Below are positions 1 through 10,850 of a stretch of 64,000 nucleotides of DNA, in pieces (positions within the stretch are counted from its first letter, which is position 1; each line of letters begins with the position of its first letter). Position numbers and translations under genes: made by a program. Source of the stretch: Nitrosarchaeum sp. (GTDB taxonomy: Archaea > Thermoproteota > Nitrososphaeria > Nitrososphaerales > Nitrosopumilaceae). The stretch lies in NCBI GenBank assembly GCA_965223865.1, contig OZ245020.1, positions 1,824,001 to 1,888,000 of the forward strand, written 5' to 3'. The notes beneath the pieces were generated by a model. It ran no database searches. It worked only from the letters and a program-made list of their open reading frames with translations, and had not been told where the DNA came from.

Positions 1-1184
1 ATTTCCATGTAAGGATAGGTATCAGTTTTTGAGGTGTCATCCAGTAATAATGCATCACATCGTACAGTAGATTTTACATTTGTTGCACCCTTTGCTACAT
101 TAAGTAATCCTCTGTATGTGGAGCGGCCATCAAGTCTGCTAACTGACTTTGATGTAATCTTTGATGTTGTATTTGGAGCTAAATGAACCATCTTTGCACC
201 AGTATCTTGGTGTTGGCCTTTGCCTGCAAATGCAATAGATAACGTTTCACCATAAGCTCTCTCACCCATAAGGTAAACTCCAGGATACTTCATTGTTAGT
301 TTACTTCCAATATTTCCATCAATCCATTCTACTGTTGCGCCTTCATATGCATATGCTCTCTTTGTTACAAGATTGTACACATCATTACTCCAGTTTTGAA
401 TTGTAGTGTATCTTAGCTTTGCATCTTTGTGTGCAACTAATTCTACTACTGCAGAGTGTAATGACTCTGAAGAGTAAACTGGAGCAGTACATCCTTCAAT
501 ATAGTGAACTTCGGCACCTTCATCAACTACAATCAGAGTTCTCTCAAACTGACCTATGTTTTCCGCATTAATTCTAAAGTATGCTTGCAGAGGCATGTCA
601 ACTTTAACACCTGGGGGAACATAGATGAAAGAACCACCACTCCATACGGCACTATTTAGTGCAGCAAATTTGTTATCTTCAGGCGGAATTACTTTACCAA
701 AATATTTCTTGAAAATCTCTGGTTGTTCCTTTAGAGCAGAGTCAGTATCCAAGAATAAAACACCTTGTTTTTGCAAATCTTCTCGTAGATTGTGGTATAC
801 TACTTCGGACTCATACTGTGCACCAACGCCTGCAAGGAATTTCTTTTCTGCTTCAGGAATCCCTAACTTATCAAAAGTATTTTTGACATCAGCTGGAACA
901 TCATCCCAATTTTTCTCTGTTTTCTCTGATGCTTTAGCATAATAGTAAATATTTTGAAAATCAATGACACTAAGATCTCCACCCCAGGTTGGCATTGGTT
1001 TTTTCATAAAAGTTTCAAATGCACGTAATCTGAAATCAAGCATCCATTGTGGCTCATCTTTCATTTTGCTAATGCCAATTACTGTATCCTTAGTCAGGCC
1101 TTTCTTGCTAAGGTGAACATACATTTCTGTAGAATCTTTAAAATCATATTTTGAATAATCCATGTCAAGATTTTCAGTTGCCAT
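1..1184 (-). CDS. sufB: Fe-S cluster assembly protein SufB (3' end outside window)
   Basis: Manual translation from ATG at 1184: [17 protein letters not shown]...[26 protein letters not shown]...[12 protein letters not shown]...[20 protein letters not shown]...GQFERTLI, all SufB motifs. Missing from the ORF track because it runs off the edge. Confidence 0.95.
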   Translation of the reverse strand, partial: MATENLDMDYSKYDFKDSTEMYVHLSKKGLTKDTVIGISKMKDEPQWMLDFRLRAFETFMKKPMPTWGGDLSVIDFQNIYYYAKASEKTEKNWDDVPADVKNTFDKLGIPEAEKKFLAGVGAQYESEVVYHNLREDLQKQGVLFLDTDSALKEQPEIFKKYFGKVIPPEDNKFAALNSAVWSGGSFIYVPPGVKVDMPLQAYFRINAENIGQFERTLIVVDEGAEVHYIEGCTAPVYSSESLHSAVVELVAHKDAKLRYTTIQNWSNDVYNLVTKRAYAYEGATVEWIDGNIGSKLTMKYPGVYLMGERAYGETLSIAFAGKGQHQDTGAKMVHLAPNTTSKITSKSVSRLDGRSTYRGLLNVAKGATNVKSTVRCDALLLDDTSKTDTYPYME

Positions 1185-1276
1185 GCACGAAATAACTCCG
1201 TTATATTATAAATACATGAGGAAAAGTAGGTACAGCTAAATAGCTTTAGCTAAATATTTGCATTAAAATAAAAATT

Positions 1277-1774
1277 TCAGAATATAAGAATTTCTTTAAA
1301 CTCATTAAGATGTCTTATCTCATGAAAATCAACATCGTATTTTGCTTGTTCTTTGTAAGAAGGATCTTTTTTTACAACGGTTGTTAGAATTTTTAATCCC
1401 TCATCAGTTTTGCCAAGTTGAACTAAGCTTGATGATTTGTTGTATAGAGTAGTCAAATTATCAGGTTTGGATTTCAAAACCATATCAAAGCACTCTATGG
1501 CACTTTGATAATTTTTTAGAAAGTGTAATGCCAATCCTTTGTTTAGCAAAGCAAGTAAATCATTAGGATCTTGTTTTAACGCATTATCATAAAATGTAAT
1601 AGCCTGCCTATATTTTCCAAGTTTTCCTAATACATTTCCTTTTTTTATCAAACTTTTCTTGTGATTAGGATCTATACTCAAAGCTTTGGTGAAATACTGT
1701 AATGCCTCTTTTGGATTTCCGAGATTCATACATCTCTGACCCAGATCAAATAACTGTTCAACTTTTTCAACCAT
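1277..1774 (-). CDS. TPR-repeat protein
   Basis: Repeated KGNVLGKLGKY / NKGLALHFLKNY TPR helices. Likely start is ATG at 1774 (MVEKVEQ); the track extends it to 1822. Confidence 0.85.
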   Translation of the reverse strand: MVEKVEQLFDLGQRCMNLGNPKEALQYFTKALSIDPNHKKSLIKKGNVLGKLGKYRQAITFYDNALKQDPNDLLALLNKGLALHFLKNYQSAIECFDMVLKSKPDNLTTLYNKSSSLVQLGKTDEGLKILTTVVKKDPSYKEQAKYDVDFHEIRHLNEFKEILIF

Positions 1775-1894
1775 GATTTCAATTATGCAATTGCAAATAG
1801 ATGAATTTTTTGAAATTAACACATTAATAATTCACACAAATGAATGCTAGAAAGAATCAAAGATAATAAAATTAGTCATCCCAGTATTCTAAGA

Positions 1895-4000
1895 TTAGGA
1901 TTGTCTTGCAGAGGCAGTTGCTTCTGGTGGAGCATTAACTGGGTCTACAGTAATCATTACAGTGTCAGTATCTTCTCTTCCATTATCATCGTATACTCTG
2001 AGCTCAAATGTGAGTACCTTAATTTCGTTATTGGCAACAGTTGGACTGGTAAATGATGGAGTGATTGATGTTGTCGAAGATAATGTCACTTGTTCTCCGC
2101 CAACCTGAGTCCACATGTATGATAGTGGTTGGTTCTCTGGATCATAGCTATTGTTTCCATCTAAACCGACTCTAACATTTTCGTTTACAATTCTGTCAGG
2201 TCCTGCATCTGCTACAATATCAAGATTCAAGACATTTCTTACAGTAAGTGTCATGCTGTCTGAAGATGACAATCTGCCATCAGAAACAGTACAAGTCATC
2301 ACCATTGTTGTGTCTGTTACAACACTTGGAATCTGAACTGATGTCATTGGAGTTACGGGACTAGCAATGACAACACCAGAATCTGATGACCACATAAAGT
2401 CGATTATATCGCCATCAGGATCACTACCGGTACACATCAAATCTAACATTGCATTTTCATCTACAATTCTATCTGGACCAGCATTAGCGATTGGTGCGCT
2501 ATTTTCTGGAACTACAAAGACTACAACTTGATCAGAGTCACTTTGGTTTTCAGTGTCTGTTACTGTTAATTGGAAGGCCAAACGCTTTGTCTCTGCAGGA
2601 GATACTTCAGGTGCAGTAAATGAGAATGTTGGGTTTGATGTATCAATGCTTATAGTATCGCCATAGATCTGTTTCCATTTGTATGTGAGCTCATCACCGT
2701 CTGGATCAACTCCAGTTCCTACAATAGTTACGTCAGTTCCACCAACTACTCTCTTATCTGGACCAGCTGAGGCTCTTGGTGGGAAGTTAATGGTATTAAT
2801 GTTGACACTTACATCGTCAGTATCATAGTTACCATGCGTATCAGTTACAGTAAGTTCAAAGGTTAATTGCTCAGAAGCAGTAGAAATCTGAGGTGTCATA
2901 AAGTAAATTGAAAATGATGCTCTCTCAAAGACTTCCATTTCCATTCCAGATGTTTGAGCCCAAGAATATTTCAGTCTATCACCATCTGGATCAGTACCAG
3001 TGCCTTCTAGTTTCACAAGAACACCTTCAAGGACATTTTGATCTAAACCTGCATCAGCAATAGGAGGTCCATTGGATGGAGTTACTTTAACTAGTGCCAA
3101 GTCATTTGCCCAACCATTTCCAGGAGAATAACCGGTTACTAAGAATGATAAGAGTTCTTCATTATCACCTACTTTAGGTGCGATAAATGTTACTTGATCA
3201 CCATTAAATGAACTAAGTTCAACTGATGTTCCAAGAATCTGAGCCCAAATATAGGTAATTGGTTTACCATCAAGTGTCTCACCAGTTACATTTAAGGTAA
3301 CTTTGGTTCCTTCAGGAACTGTTTGAAGTGGACCGGCATCAATTGAAATTCGTTTATTATCAAGAAGACCAGTAAATGGGAATACGTTTACGGTGTCGCT
3401 TGCAACACCACCAAAGCCATCATCAACTGTAATTTTAAAGGTAATTGGATCAATTTGGTCAAAATCTAGATACATCGGCAAAAATGTAAGGTATTTTTCA
3501 TTGGTAGATTGAACATCCACTTCCTGTCCTGCAAGTTGTTCCCATTTGTAAGTTAGGATATCTCCATCTGAGTCAGAGGTAGTTGGAATGATAGTCATTG
3601 CATTAACAGAAGGTAAAGCAACTTGATCTTTTCCTGCATCAACAAAAGGAGTATGGTTTACAGGGTTTACAATAATTTCAACAATATCAGAACTACTTGC
3701 ACCTTGAGGATCAGTGACTGTCAATTCAAAGGTCAAAACCTTGATTTCACCATTTGGGACTTCAGGTGCCATAAATGTGGGTTCTGGAATCACATAAGAG
3801 GAAAGAGTTACAGACTCACCATAAATTTGAACCCACTTAAAGGTGAGATCATCTTGGTCAGGATCAAATCCTTCACCAATCAAAGTTACGAGTTTATTTT
3901 CAACAACATCAACTGATTCGATTGTTTGAGCAAAAGAACCTGAAACATTACCAATGATTAAGACTCCAAGAATCAATGGGAGTAATAGATAATACTTCAC
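1895..4000 (-). CDS. Secreted protein with 7 tandem PKD/Ig-like repeats
   Basis: N-terminal signal peptide; repeats of ADAGPDxxV...DPDGDxLTYxWxQ...LTFELTVTD. Confidence 0.85.
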   Translation of the reverse strand: MKYYLLLPLILGVLIIGNVSGSFAQTIESVDVVENKLVTLIGEGFDPDQDDLTFKWVQIYGESVTLSSYVIPEPTFMAPEVPNGEIKVLTFELTVTDPQGASSSDIVEIIVNPVNHTPFVDAGKDQVALPSVNAMTIIPTTSDSDGDILTYKWEQLAGQEVDVQSTNEKYLTFLPMYLDFDQIDPITFKITVDDGFGGVASDTVNVFPFTGLLDNKRISIDAGPLQTVPEGTKVTLNVTGETLDGKPITYIWAQILGTSVELSSFNGDQVTFIAPKVGDNEELLSFLVTGYSPGNGWANDLALVKVTPSNGPPIADAGLDQNVLEGVLVKLEGTGTDPDGDRLKYSWAQTSGMEMEVFERASFSIYFMTPQISTASEQLTFELTVTDTHGNYDTDDVSVNINTINFPPRASAGPDKRVVGGTDVTIVGTGVDPDGDELTYKWKQIYGDTISIDTSNPTFSFTAPEVSPAETKRLAFQLTVTDTENQSDSDQVVVFVVPENSAPIANAGPDRIVDENAMLDLMCTGSDPDGDIIDFMWSSDSGVVIASPVTPMTSVQIPSVVTDTTMVMTCTVSDGRLSSSDSMTLTVRNVLNLDIVADAGPDRIVNENVRVGLDGNNSYDPENQPLSYMWTQVGGEQVTLSSTTSITPSFTSPTVANNEIKVLTFELRVYDDNGREDTDTVMITVDPVNAPPEATASARQS

Positions 4001-4267
4001 TGAAAGTCTGATAAATTAGGGGTATATTAAACATTTATTCAAAAAAGAAAAGACCGAATTTTACAATTTATGAAAGTTAATTGCAATAATTGATCGATTC
4101 AATTTAATTCAAAATTCTTAGAATTATCCAGAGTAATCACAAATCAGACATAAAATCAAATAATTCAGGCAAATCTGTTTTCAACATCTTTTCATTTTGG
4201 ACAATTAGACAAATTTGATCTTAATAATCAAAAGGTTCTACACTAGAGAAATATGTATATGCTAATT

Positions 4268-5065
4268 TTAAGTTGAGAAGATTTCTTTGATTGTATCAAA
4301 AGATCCTGATACGGTATGAACCTGCGATACCGTATTTTGGACTTTGAGTTTTTTTAGTTCATCAGCTGTGAATGGTCCAATTGCAACAACTTGGGTTTTT
4401 TTGAGATTATCCAAGAGTCGGTCCTCATCATAATCTTTTAACATTATCTCAAAAAATCCACGGACTGATGATGCACTAGTGAAAACTACTCCATCTATCT
4501 TATCCTTAGAAAAGAGTTCCCGAAATTCGTTCCATTGAGTAGTGTCTCGAAATGCACAAACATCATACAGATGAATCTCCAAGACATCAATTCCAATCTT
4601 GTTTAGAAGTTCCTTCAAAAACGGAGTTGAGGCACCACTTCGTGGGACAATAACCTTTTTTCCTACTGCATGAATTTGGGTAAATTCCTCACCTACACCT
4701 ACTGAGGAATACGTACTAGGTTGATAATTTACCTTGATTCCCTCATTTTCAAGTGCTATGGTGGTTTTTGGACCAACTGACATTACCATAGTATTTGCAA
4801 CTGCTAGTTGCAGTTTTTCAAATTTTCCTACTTGTTTTGCAGTATCAAAGAGTAGTTTTACTGCCTTTGAGCTCATAAAAACGGAATAGTCAGGATTGTA
4901 TTGTTTAATTGATTCTAGAAATTCATCAACAATTTTTTCTCCTTTGCTTACAAGTTCAATTGTTGGCAATGGAATTGGTCTTACATTATTTTTTTGTGCA
5001 AGTTCAATAAATTCTGTAGCATCTTCTTTTGAGCGAGTGATTGCTATATTTTTTCTATCAAACAT
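4268..5065 (-). CDS. hemD: Uroporphyrinogen-III synthase
   Basis: ITRS, VGPKT, FTSASSV and AIGPFTA motifs; position in hem operon. Confidence 0.9.
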   Translation of the reverse strand: MFDRKNIAITRSKEDATEFIELAQKNNVRPIPLPTIELVSKGEKIVDEFLESIKQYNPDYSVFMSSKAVKLLFDTAKQVGKFEKLQLAVANTMVMSVGPKTTIALENEGIKVNYQPSTYSSVGVGEEFTQIHAVGKKVIVPRSGASTPFLKELLNKIGIDVLEIHLYDVCAFRDTTQWNEFRELFSKDKIDGVVFTSASSVRGFFEIMLKDYDEDRLLDNLKKTQVVAIGPFTADELKKLKVQNTVSQVHTVSGSFDTIKEIFST

Positions 5066-5066
5066 T

Positions 5067-5807
5067 TTACTTCCATCCTGTTGTTTTTGACAAATCCACT
5101 ACTTTTCCTATTATAATATTAGTTGGGGGGACAATCTTGTTTTGTTTTACAAGTTTTGCAATGTTTGAAACAGTTCCTGTAATCATTTTTTGTTTCGGAG
5201 TAGTTCCATTTTGGATAACTGCAACAGGGGTTTTTTTATCCATACCTCCTGCAATTAGTTGTTTACAAATTATATCAATTCTGGATAAACCCATCATAAT
5301 TACAATAGTATCAACTGACTTTGCAAGTCTTTTCCATTTTACAACTTCGTTTTTCTTTTGAGGATCTTCATGTCCTGTTACAAAGACAACAGAAGATGCA
5401 TGTTTTCTATGAGTTAGAGGAATTCCAGCATATGTTGCAGAGCCAATTCCAGAGGTAATTCCTGGAACAATTTCATATTTTACTTTGTGAGATTTTAGAA
5501 ACTCGGCTTCCTCACCGCCTCTACCAAAGATTATTGGATCTCCACCTTTCAGTCGGACAACAATTTTTTTAGATTTGGCATAATTTACCATCAAGTCATT
5601 TGTTGTATTTTGGTGAGTAGTATCATCTCCTACTGCACGGCCAACATAGACTTTGTCAGTTTTTTTGGGAATCATAGAAATTATCTTCTTGCTAACCAAT
5701 CTATCGTAAAGTACCACATCAGCTTTTTGAAGTAATTCTACAGCGCGTAAGGTGATTAGCTTACTGTCTCCAGGACCGGCTCCTACCAGATAGACTTTAC
5801 CTGTCAT
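5067..5807 (-). CDS. cobA: Uroporphyrinogen-III C-methyltransferase
   Basis: VYLVGAGPGD, RLKGGDPIIFGRGGEE and VPGITS motifs. Confidence 0.95.
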   Translation of the reverse strand: MTGKVYLVGAGPGDSKLITLRAVELLQKADVVLYDRLVSKKIISMIPKKTDKVYVGRAVGDDTTHQNTTNDLMVNYAKSKKIVVRLKGGDPIIFGRGGEEAEFLKSHKVKYEIVPGITSGIGSATYAGIPLTHRKHASSVVFVTGHEDPQKKNEVVKWKRLAKSVDTIVIMMGLSRIDIICKQLIAGGMDKKTPVAVIQNGTTPKQKMITGTVSNIAKLVKQNKIVPPTNIIIGKVVDLSKTTGWK

Positions 5808-6739
5808 TTCTTATTCCATTCCTCCACTTTTTCTCTCCAATTTAACGCAAGGTCATTTACGCCTTTCTGGCGTAGTTCCTCGCCAGCATTTCTGCCAAGT
5901 ATACTTGGGTCATTTTTACTTCCAGCTTTAGTAACAAAAAGGGATTGTTTACCATCTACTGAAAAGGCACTTACTGTGATACTCATCTGTTCACCATTGG
6001 ATTTGGCATACGCTCCAACTGGAAATCTACATCCAGAATCAACAAAGTCAGAAAGTGCGCGTTCTGCCTCTACTTCAAGTCTAGAATCAGGATCTTCGAT
6101 TTTTTTTAGCATTTTAATTGTTGAATTATCATCTTTTCTAGCTACAATAGCTAACGCCCCCTGTCCAGGTGAAGGAGAAAAATCCTCAACAGACAATGGA
6201 GTATATGAAACATCAATTCCCAATCTAGTAATTCCAGCTTGAGCCAATACTATTGCATCATAGTTTTCACCAGATGCTTTTCTTATTCTAGTTTCTATAT
6301 TTCCACGAATTGGTTTTACTATAACATCAGGTCTCTTTCGAGAGATTTGTACTGCTCTTCGAAGGGAGCTGGTACCAATTACAGATCCTGGTTTAATTGT
6401 ATCGAGGGTAGCATTGTCTGATGAAATAAACACATCATTTACCATCTCTCGTTTTGGAATGCAAGCAATAACAAGAGTCTCATCTAGTTGTGATGGAACA
6501 TCTTTTAGACTGTGTACTGCAAAGTCTACTTGTTTTTGTACAACTGCACGGTCTATCTCTTTTTCAAAAATTCCTTTTTGATCAATTGTGAATAATGGTC
6601 TTGCATCAGTATCACCTTGTGTTTTGATTGGTTTGATTTCAAATTCTATGTCAAGATATACTTTTTTTAATTCCTCAATTACCCAGTTTGTTTGTGCAAG
6701 AGATAGTTGACTTCCTCTTGCGCCAATCAAATACTTCAA
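5804..6739 (-). CDS. hemC: Porphobilinogen deaminase
   Basis: GARGSQLSLAQT, AVHSLKDVP, GTSSLRR and RGNIETR motifs. Confidence 0.97.
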   Translation of the reverse strand: MKYLIGARGSQLSLAQTNWVIEELKKVYLDIEFEIKPIKTQGDTDARPLFTIDQKGIFEKEIDRAVVQKQVDFAVHSLKDVPSQLDETLVIACIPKREMVNDVFISSDNATLDTIKPGSVIGTSSLRRAVQISRKRPDVIVKPIRGNIETRIRKASGENYDAIVLAQAGITRLGIDVSYTPLSVEDFSPSPGQGALAIVARKDDNSTIKMLKKIEDPDSRLEVEAERALSDFVDSGCRFPVGAYAKSNGEQMSITVSAFSVDGKQSLFVTKAGSKNDPSILGRNAGEELRQKGVNDLALNWREKVEEWNKK

Positions 6740-8010
6740 TTCTTCACCGACTTTAGGGCACCATGATATGCATCAAGTGCTCTGTTAAGATCAGTTTTAG
6801 TATGAGCATCAGACAAAAAGACTACTTCAAATTGAGAGGGTGCAATGAATATTCCCTTCTTTAAAAGAACATTGAACATTTTTTGGAATTTTTTTGCATC
6901 AGCATTTTTTGAGGTTTGGTAATCTAATACAGGTTTTTTTGTAAAGAAAATCTGAAACATAGAAGATGCAGAATTAATTTGATGAGGGATTTTCATATCT
7001 GTTGCCATATCATCTAGTGCTTTGGTAAATCGAAGATTATATTTTTCAAGTTTAGAGTAGAGTTTGTTTTTAATTTTGTTTATTGTTCTGATTGAGCTAA
7101 TTGCAGCACTGACTGATATTGGATTTCCAGCAAAAGTACTTGCCTGATATACCTTTCCTTCAGGAGATAACAAGTCCATTATCTCTTTTTTACCACCAAC
7201 TGCGGCAATTGTAAATCCATTGCCTAATGCTTTTCCAAGAGTAGTGATGTCAGGTTTTATTCCAAAGTGTTTTTGTGCACCACCAGTCGACACCCTAAAT
7301 CCAGTTACTACTTCATCAAAAATTAACGGAATGTTGTTTTCTTTGGTTATTTTTCTAATGTCTGAGAGAAAATTATTCTCAGGTAGAATCAATCCCATGT
7401 TTGCAAGAATGGGTTCAACAATTACACCTGCAATATCTTTATTTTTAGAAATAGTCTTTTCAAGATCTTCAGCATTGTTGTACTGAACAACCAAAGTGTT
7501 TTTTGATACTTCATCTAGTCCTCCATCAGATACAGATATTCCAATGTGTGCAGAACCAGAACCTGCCTTTACAAGTACAGAGTCATGTGCACCATGATAA
7601 CACCCTTCAAATTTTATGATCTTTTTCTTTTTTGTAAAACCTCGAGCTAGACGAATTGCAGTCATTGTAGCCTCACCACCAGTATTAACAAGACGGACTT
7701 TGTCAATTGAAGGAAAATTACCAATTATTAGCTTTGATAGTTCAATTTCTGATTGCGTAGGAGTACAATAAAGCGATCCTCGGGTTAGCTGTTTTGTTAC
7801 TGCTTGTAAGATCTCTTTTCTTCTGTGTCCTAAGAGCAGTGCACCATAACCATTGCAAAAATCAATATACTTTTTTTTCTCTTCATCCCAAATGTATGAC
7901 CCATCAGATTTTTTTGTAAAGAATGGATATGGTTCAAAATATCTTACAGGACTGTTTACGCCTGATGGAATGATCTTCTTTGAATCTGAGAATAATTTTG
8001 AATTTTTCAA
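6736..8010 (-). CDS. hemL: Glutamate-1-semialdehyde 2,1-aminomutase
   Basis: PSGVNSPVR, FEGCYHG, FDEVVTGFR and PSQFE motifs. Confidence 0.97.
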   Translation of the reverse strand: MKNSKLFSDSKKIIPSGVNSPVRYFEPYPFFTKKSDGSYIWDEEKKKYIDFCNGYGALLLGHRRKEILQAVTKQLTRGSLYCTPTQSEIELSKLIIGNFPSIDKVRLVNTGGEATMTAIRLARGFTKKKKIIKFEGCYHGAHDSVLVKAGSGSAHIGISVSDGGLDEVSKNTLVVQYNNAEDLEKTISKNKDIAGVIVEPILANMGLILPENNFLSDIRKITKENNIPLIFDEVVTGFRVSTGGAQKHFGIKPDITTLGKALGNGFTIAAVGGKKEIMDLLSPEGKVYQASTFAGNPISVSAAISSIRTINKIKNKLYSKLEKYNLRFTKALDDMATDMKIPHQINSASSMFQIFFTKKPVLDYQTSKNADAKKFQKMFNVLLKKGIFIAPSQFEVVFLSDAHTKTDLNRALDAYHGALKSVKN

Positions 8011-8154
8011 TATACTATTCTAAACTAGGTCATTATTATTCGTAAAAGAAAAATTTATTGAAAAATGCATAAAACTATGAATAGAGATATTCACCAGATT
8101 TTTCCTTTTTGCACCAACAATTTGGACTGCATTGGGATTTTTCATTATCAGACA

Positions 8155-8313
8155 TCATAAATTCTCCTTTGGATTCTCCCTATCATTGCGTTTTGGATGA
8201 ATGGCCTGATTAGATTCGTGCATTACCTGCTTTATGATCTCTGCTACTTCTTTTGACAATAAGAGTTTTGAAAATGAGGAATTGTCATGCTCAAGGAAGG
8301 CTGTAGCATTCAT
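8155..8313 (-). CDS. Small hypothetical protein (uncertain)
   Basis: ORF MNATAFLEHDNSSF... from ATG at 8313 (track starts at 8370); a CTATATAG palindrome lies about 72 bp upstream. Confidence 0.35.
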   Translation of the reverse strand: MNATAFLEHDNSSFSKLLLSKEVAEIIKQVMHESNQAIHPKRNDRENPKENL

Positions 8314-8384
8314 TGAATATAGTATGAGGGAATCAGATAAATTAGAATTGTAATTATTTTCTGTAATCAACTAAAACTTTGTAA

Positions 8385-8394
8385 TCTATATAGA
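8385..8394. promoter_or_regulatory. Palindrome TCTATATAGA (candidate Pho-box site)
   Basis: Perfect 10-bp palindrome, intergenic, shared with sites upstream of phosphate genes. Confidence 0.4.
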
Positions 8395-8410
8395 AATCTT
8401 GATTTAGGAC

Positions 8411-8863
8411 TTAACTCGTAAATCCATCATCGGAATCATTTTTTGGAAAATCAATTTTTTTCTCAATTTTTTCAAATCTCAAAATAGCAAAAACCGCAAT
8501 TCCACTAATTATTGCAATATAATACTCTCCAATTCCTACCGCAAGACCTATTCCTGCAACTACCCATAGAGTAGCTGCACTTGTAATACCTTTAACCTGT
8601 CCTTTGTGGGCAATAATTGAACCAGCACCAAGAAATCCAATTCCTGCGACAATTCCCGCTGCAATCCTAGCAGGTTCGATATCAAAGGTTAAGGAAGTTA
8701 CAGCAAAGATAGCAGATCCTAATGAAACTAGCATGTGAGTTCGAAGACCTGCGGGTCTATGTTTTAGCTCCCGCTCAAAGCCAACTAGTGCACCCAATCC
8801 AATAGCAAGTAATATTCTGAACAAGATTTCTACGTCAAAATTTTCAAATCCTTCAAATGCCAC
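8411..8863 (-). CDS. MgtC/SapB family membrane protein
   Basis: GFERE...AGLRTHMLVSLGS...RIAAGIVAGIGFLGAG...GITSAATLW. Confidence 0.92.
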   Translation of the reverse strand: MAFEGFENFDVEILFRILLAIGLGALVGFERELKHRPAGLRTHMLVSLGSAIFAVTSLTFDIEPARIAAGIVAGIGFLGAGSIIAHKGQVKGITSAATLWVVAGIGLAVGIGEYYIAIISGIAVFAILRFEKIEKKIDFPKNDSDDGFTS

Positions 8864-8997
8864 ATTAACAATTTAATCTAAATCAAGTAAATAATAACAA
8901 CTTAAATCTCAATTATGAAAGTAAAGAAAAATAGAAAATAGTTTAAACTCAGAAAAAAATTAAACAAATTTTTAAGTGAATACTTGTAAAAAAAATC

Positions 8998-9339
8998 GTG
9001 TCAACTGAATCACTAGCTCAGATAAAAAAACAAGAAAATGATAAAGTCAAAGCTGCTCAAATTAAGGTTAAGCAAGCAAAGACAGAGCTAAAAAAGATAC
9101 GAGATGAAGCAAAAAAATCAATTAAAGCAGCAAGAGATATTGCTCAAAAAAAGGCCAAAGAGGAAAGAAAGAGAGCAAAAATTGAGGCAAAGAAAAAACA
9201 GCTTGAGGCCAAAAAGAAAATCAAGGAAACAAAACAACAACTAAAACAAACAAAAAAATCCGCAAAAAAAGAAGCAAAATCAAAGGTAAATGCAGTAAAG
9301 AAAATATTAAAACAAGTTAGAAAAGAATCGAAATCCTAA
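8998..9339 (+). CDS. Lysine-rich coiled-coil basic protein
   Basis: About one third Lys, low-complexity K/A/E/Q sequence. Confidence 0.65.
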   Translation: MSTESLAQIKKQENDKVKAAQIKVKQAKTELKKIRDEAKKSIKAARDIAQKKAKEERKRAKIEAKKKQLEAKKKIKETKQQLKQTKKSAKKEAKSKVNAVKKILKQVRKESKS

Positions 9340-9354
9340 TTCCTTTTTTTAAAT

Positions 9355-10119
9355 TTATTTTTTATTAGATAGATTAGATGCGAGTTTTTTGAAAATTTGG
9401 CTCCTGAGATCTTGTTCTTTTGTTATTAGAGGTTTTAATTCAGGAAATTTTTTAGAATTTTTCTTAAGAAAATCAACAGTAATATCACAATCATGAATTT
9501 TTCCTAGCAACTCCTGAAGGGATTTCATGCTAACAATTACATGTTGATAAGAATTTTTTGGATCTGTTTCCAGAACATAACGAAGTCTCTTTGCCAATTT
9601 TCTCAAATAATGTAATTTTGCAATTTTAGATTCATCAGAAATCACTATTGGAATTAGATTTTGAATTTCTTCAATTAATGAGAATATTTTTTTTTCATAT
9701 TTTGCCAAAATTCTTTTAGAATCGATTTCTTTGAGTTTTGTTTTATTTAGTTTTGATAATTTTTTAGTGTCTTTAAAAACATCTTTTATTTTTTTTTCTT
9801 TTCGCTTTGTCAAATAATGTATGACATCAGAATTTTCTAGTAACCCGTTTTTCAAAAGTCTATCATGTATTACATCAAAATCTCTAATAGAACTATTTTT
9901 TTTGAATAATTTTTTATAACTTGCAACAAAGTTGTCTGTCTTTTTTGTTTTGCATGATTTTGGGAAGATAAAATATGCAGCTTCTAATCTGCGGATTGAC
10001 GTACGAAGATCATGAATTTGTTTATTTCCCTGTTTTTGAATATATTCTTCTAATCTATTTTTTGATTTATCTTGTTTTTCTTGAAAAATATCTAGAAAAG
10101 GATCAGGTTCAGTAATCAT
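9355..10119 (-). CDS. CHAD domain protein (polyphosphate-binding)
   Basis: IHDLRTSIRRLEA, LHYLRKLAKRLRY and LQELLGKIHDCD CHAD motifs. Confidence 0.9.
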   Translation of the reverse strand: MITEPDPFLDIFQEKQDKSKNRLEEYIQKQGNKQIHDLRTSIRRLEAAYFIFPKSCKTKKTDNFVASYKKLFKKNSSIRDFDVIHDRLLKNGLLENSDVIHYLTKRKEKKIKDVFKDTKKLSKLNKTKLKEIDSKRILAKYEKKIFSLIEEIQNLIPIVISDESKIAKLHYLRKLAKRLRYVLETDPKNSYQHVIVSMKSLQELLGKIHDCDITVDFLKKNSKKFPELKPLITKEQDLRSQIFKKLASNLSNKK

Positions 10120-10850
10120 GGTACTTTGGAAAGATACCTGTTAATTTGTTTTTCAATAGATGTAGTTACTTGCTCAACACTGCGGTTTCCATTAATTAGC
10201 GTCAAACCATATCTCTTTTTTAAAACCTCAAACTCCATAGCAAGTTTTTTCTGATATAAGATAAAGGATTCAAACATATCATCTGAAATGCCCATATCAG
10301 AGCCTGATTCATAATAGTCAAGACTCTGTCTTTTTTCAAATACTCTGTGAACTAACACAAAAGGATCAACATCAATGTAAAAGGTCAAGTCTGGAACCAT
10401 TGCAAAACTATACAGGTCACTTGACCATTTACGTTTGATTCCTCGCACAGTATTTCTTGCCATTAATGTATAGATATAACGATCCGCTAAAACCACATAA
10501 CCTGCCTGTAAGGCAGGAATTATTTTATGTTCTAATTGGTCGGCAAAATCTGCTGCATAAAACAGTGCAAGAGTCCGCTTTCCTAATGAGATATTTTGTT
10601 TTGCGTCTAATATCCCCTCGCCAATAATATCAGAACGTTTCAGACCGGTATTTAGAACCGCATATCCGTCAGCTTCAAGTTTTGCAGTAAGCAATTCAAT
10701 TTGAGTACTTCGACCTGAGGCATCAGGACCTTCAATAACAATTAGTCTTCCAGAGATTTCCAAATCATCAAGATATGGAATACCTCCAAATTTTTTGCTA
10801 CCATACCATTTTGGTTTTCTTTTCTTTCCTGATTGCGCCAAATCTTGCAT
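10116..10850 (-). CDS. Thymidylate-kinase-like protein with degenerate P-loop (putative non-catalytic PPK3 subunit)
   Basis: IEGPDASGRST (Arg in place of the Walker A Lys), LADRY. Confidence 0.75.
   Translation of the reverse strand: MQDLAQSGKKRKPKWYGSKKFGGIPYLDDLEISGRLIVIEGPDASGRSTQIELLTAKLEADGYAVLNTGLKRSDIIGEGILDAKQNISLGKRTLALFYAADFADQLEHKIIPALQAGYVVLADRYIYTLMARNTVRGIKRKWSSDLYSFAMVPDLTFYIDVDPFVLVHRVFEKRQSLDYYESGSDMGISDDMFESFILYQKKLAMEFEVLKKRYGLTLINGNRSVEQVTTSIEKQINRYLSKVP

Noticed and set aside
625-942. Plus-strand ORF and similar shadow ORFs in the track (e.g. 2151, 5041, 7220, 14615, 32788, 34850, 41064, 56475, 63598)
   Set aside because: They lie antisense to, or out of frame within, well-supported genes and have no motifs of their own.
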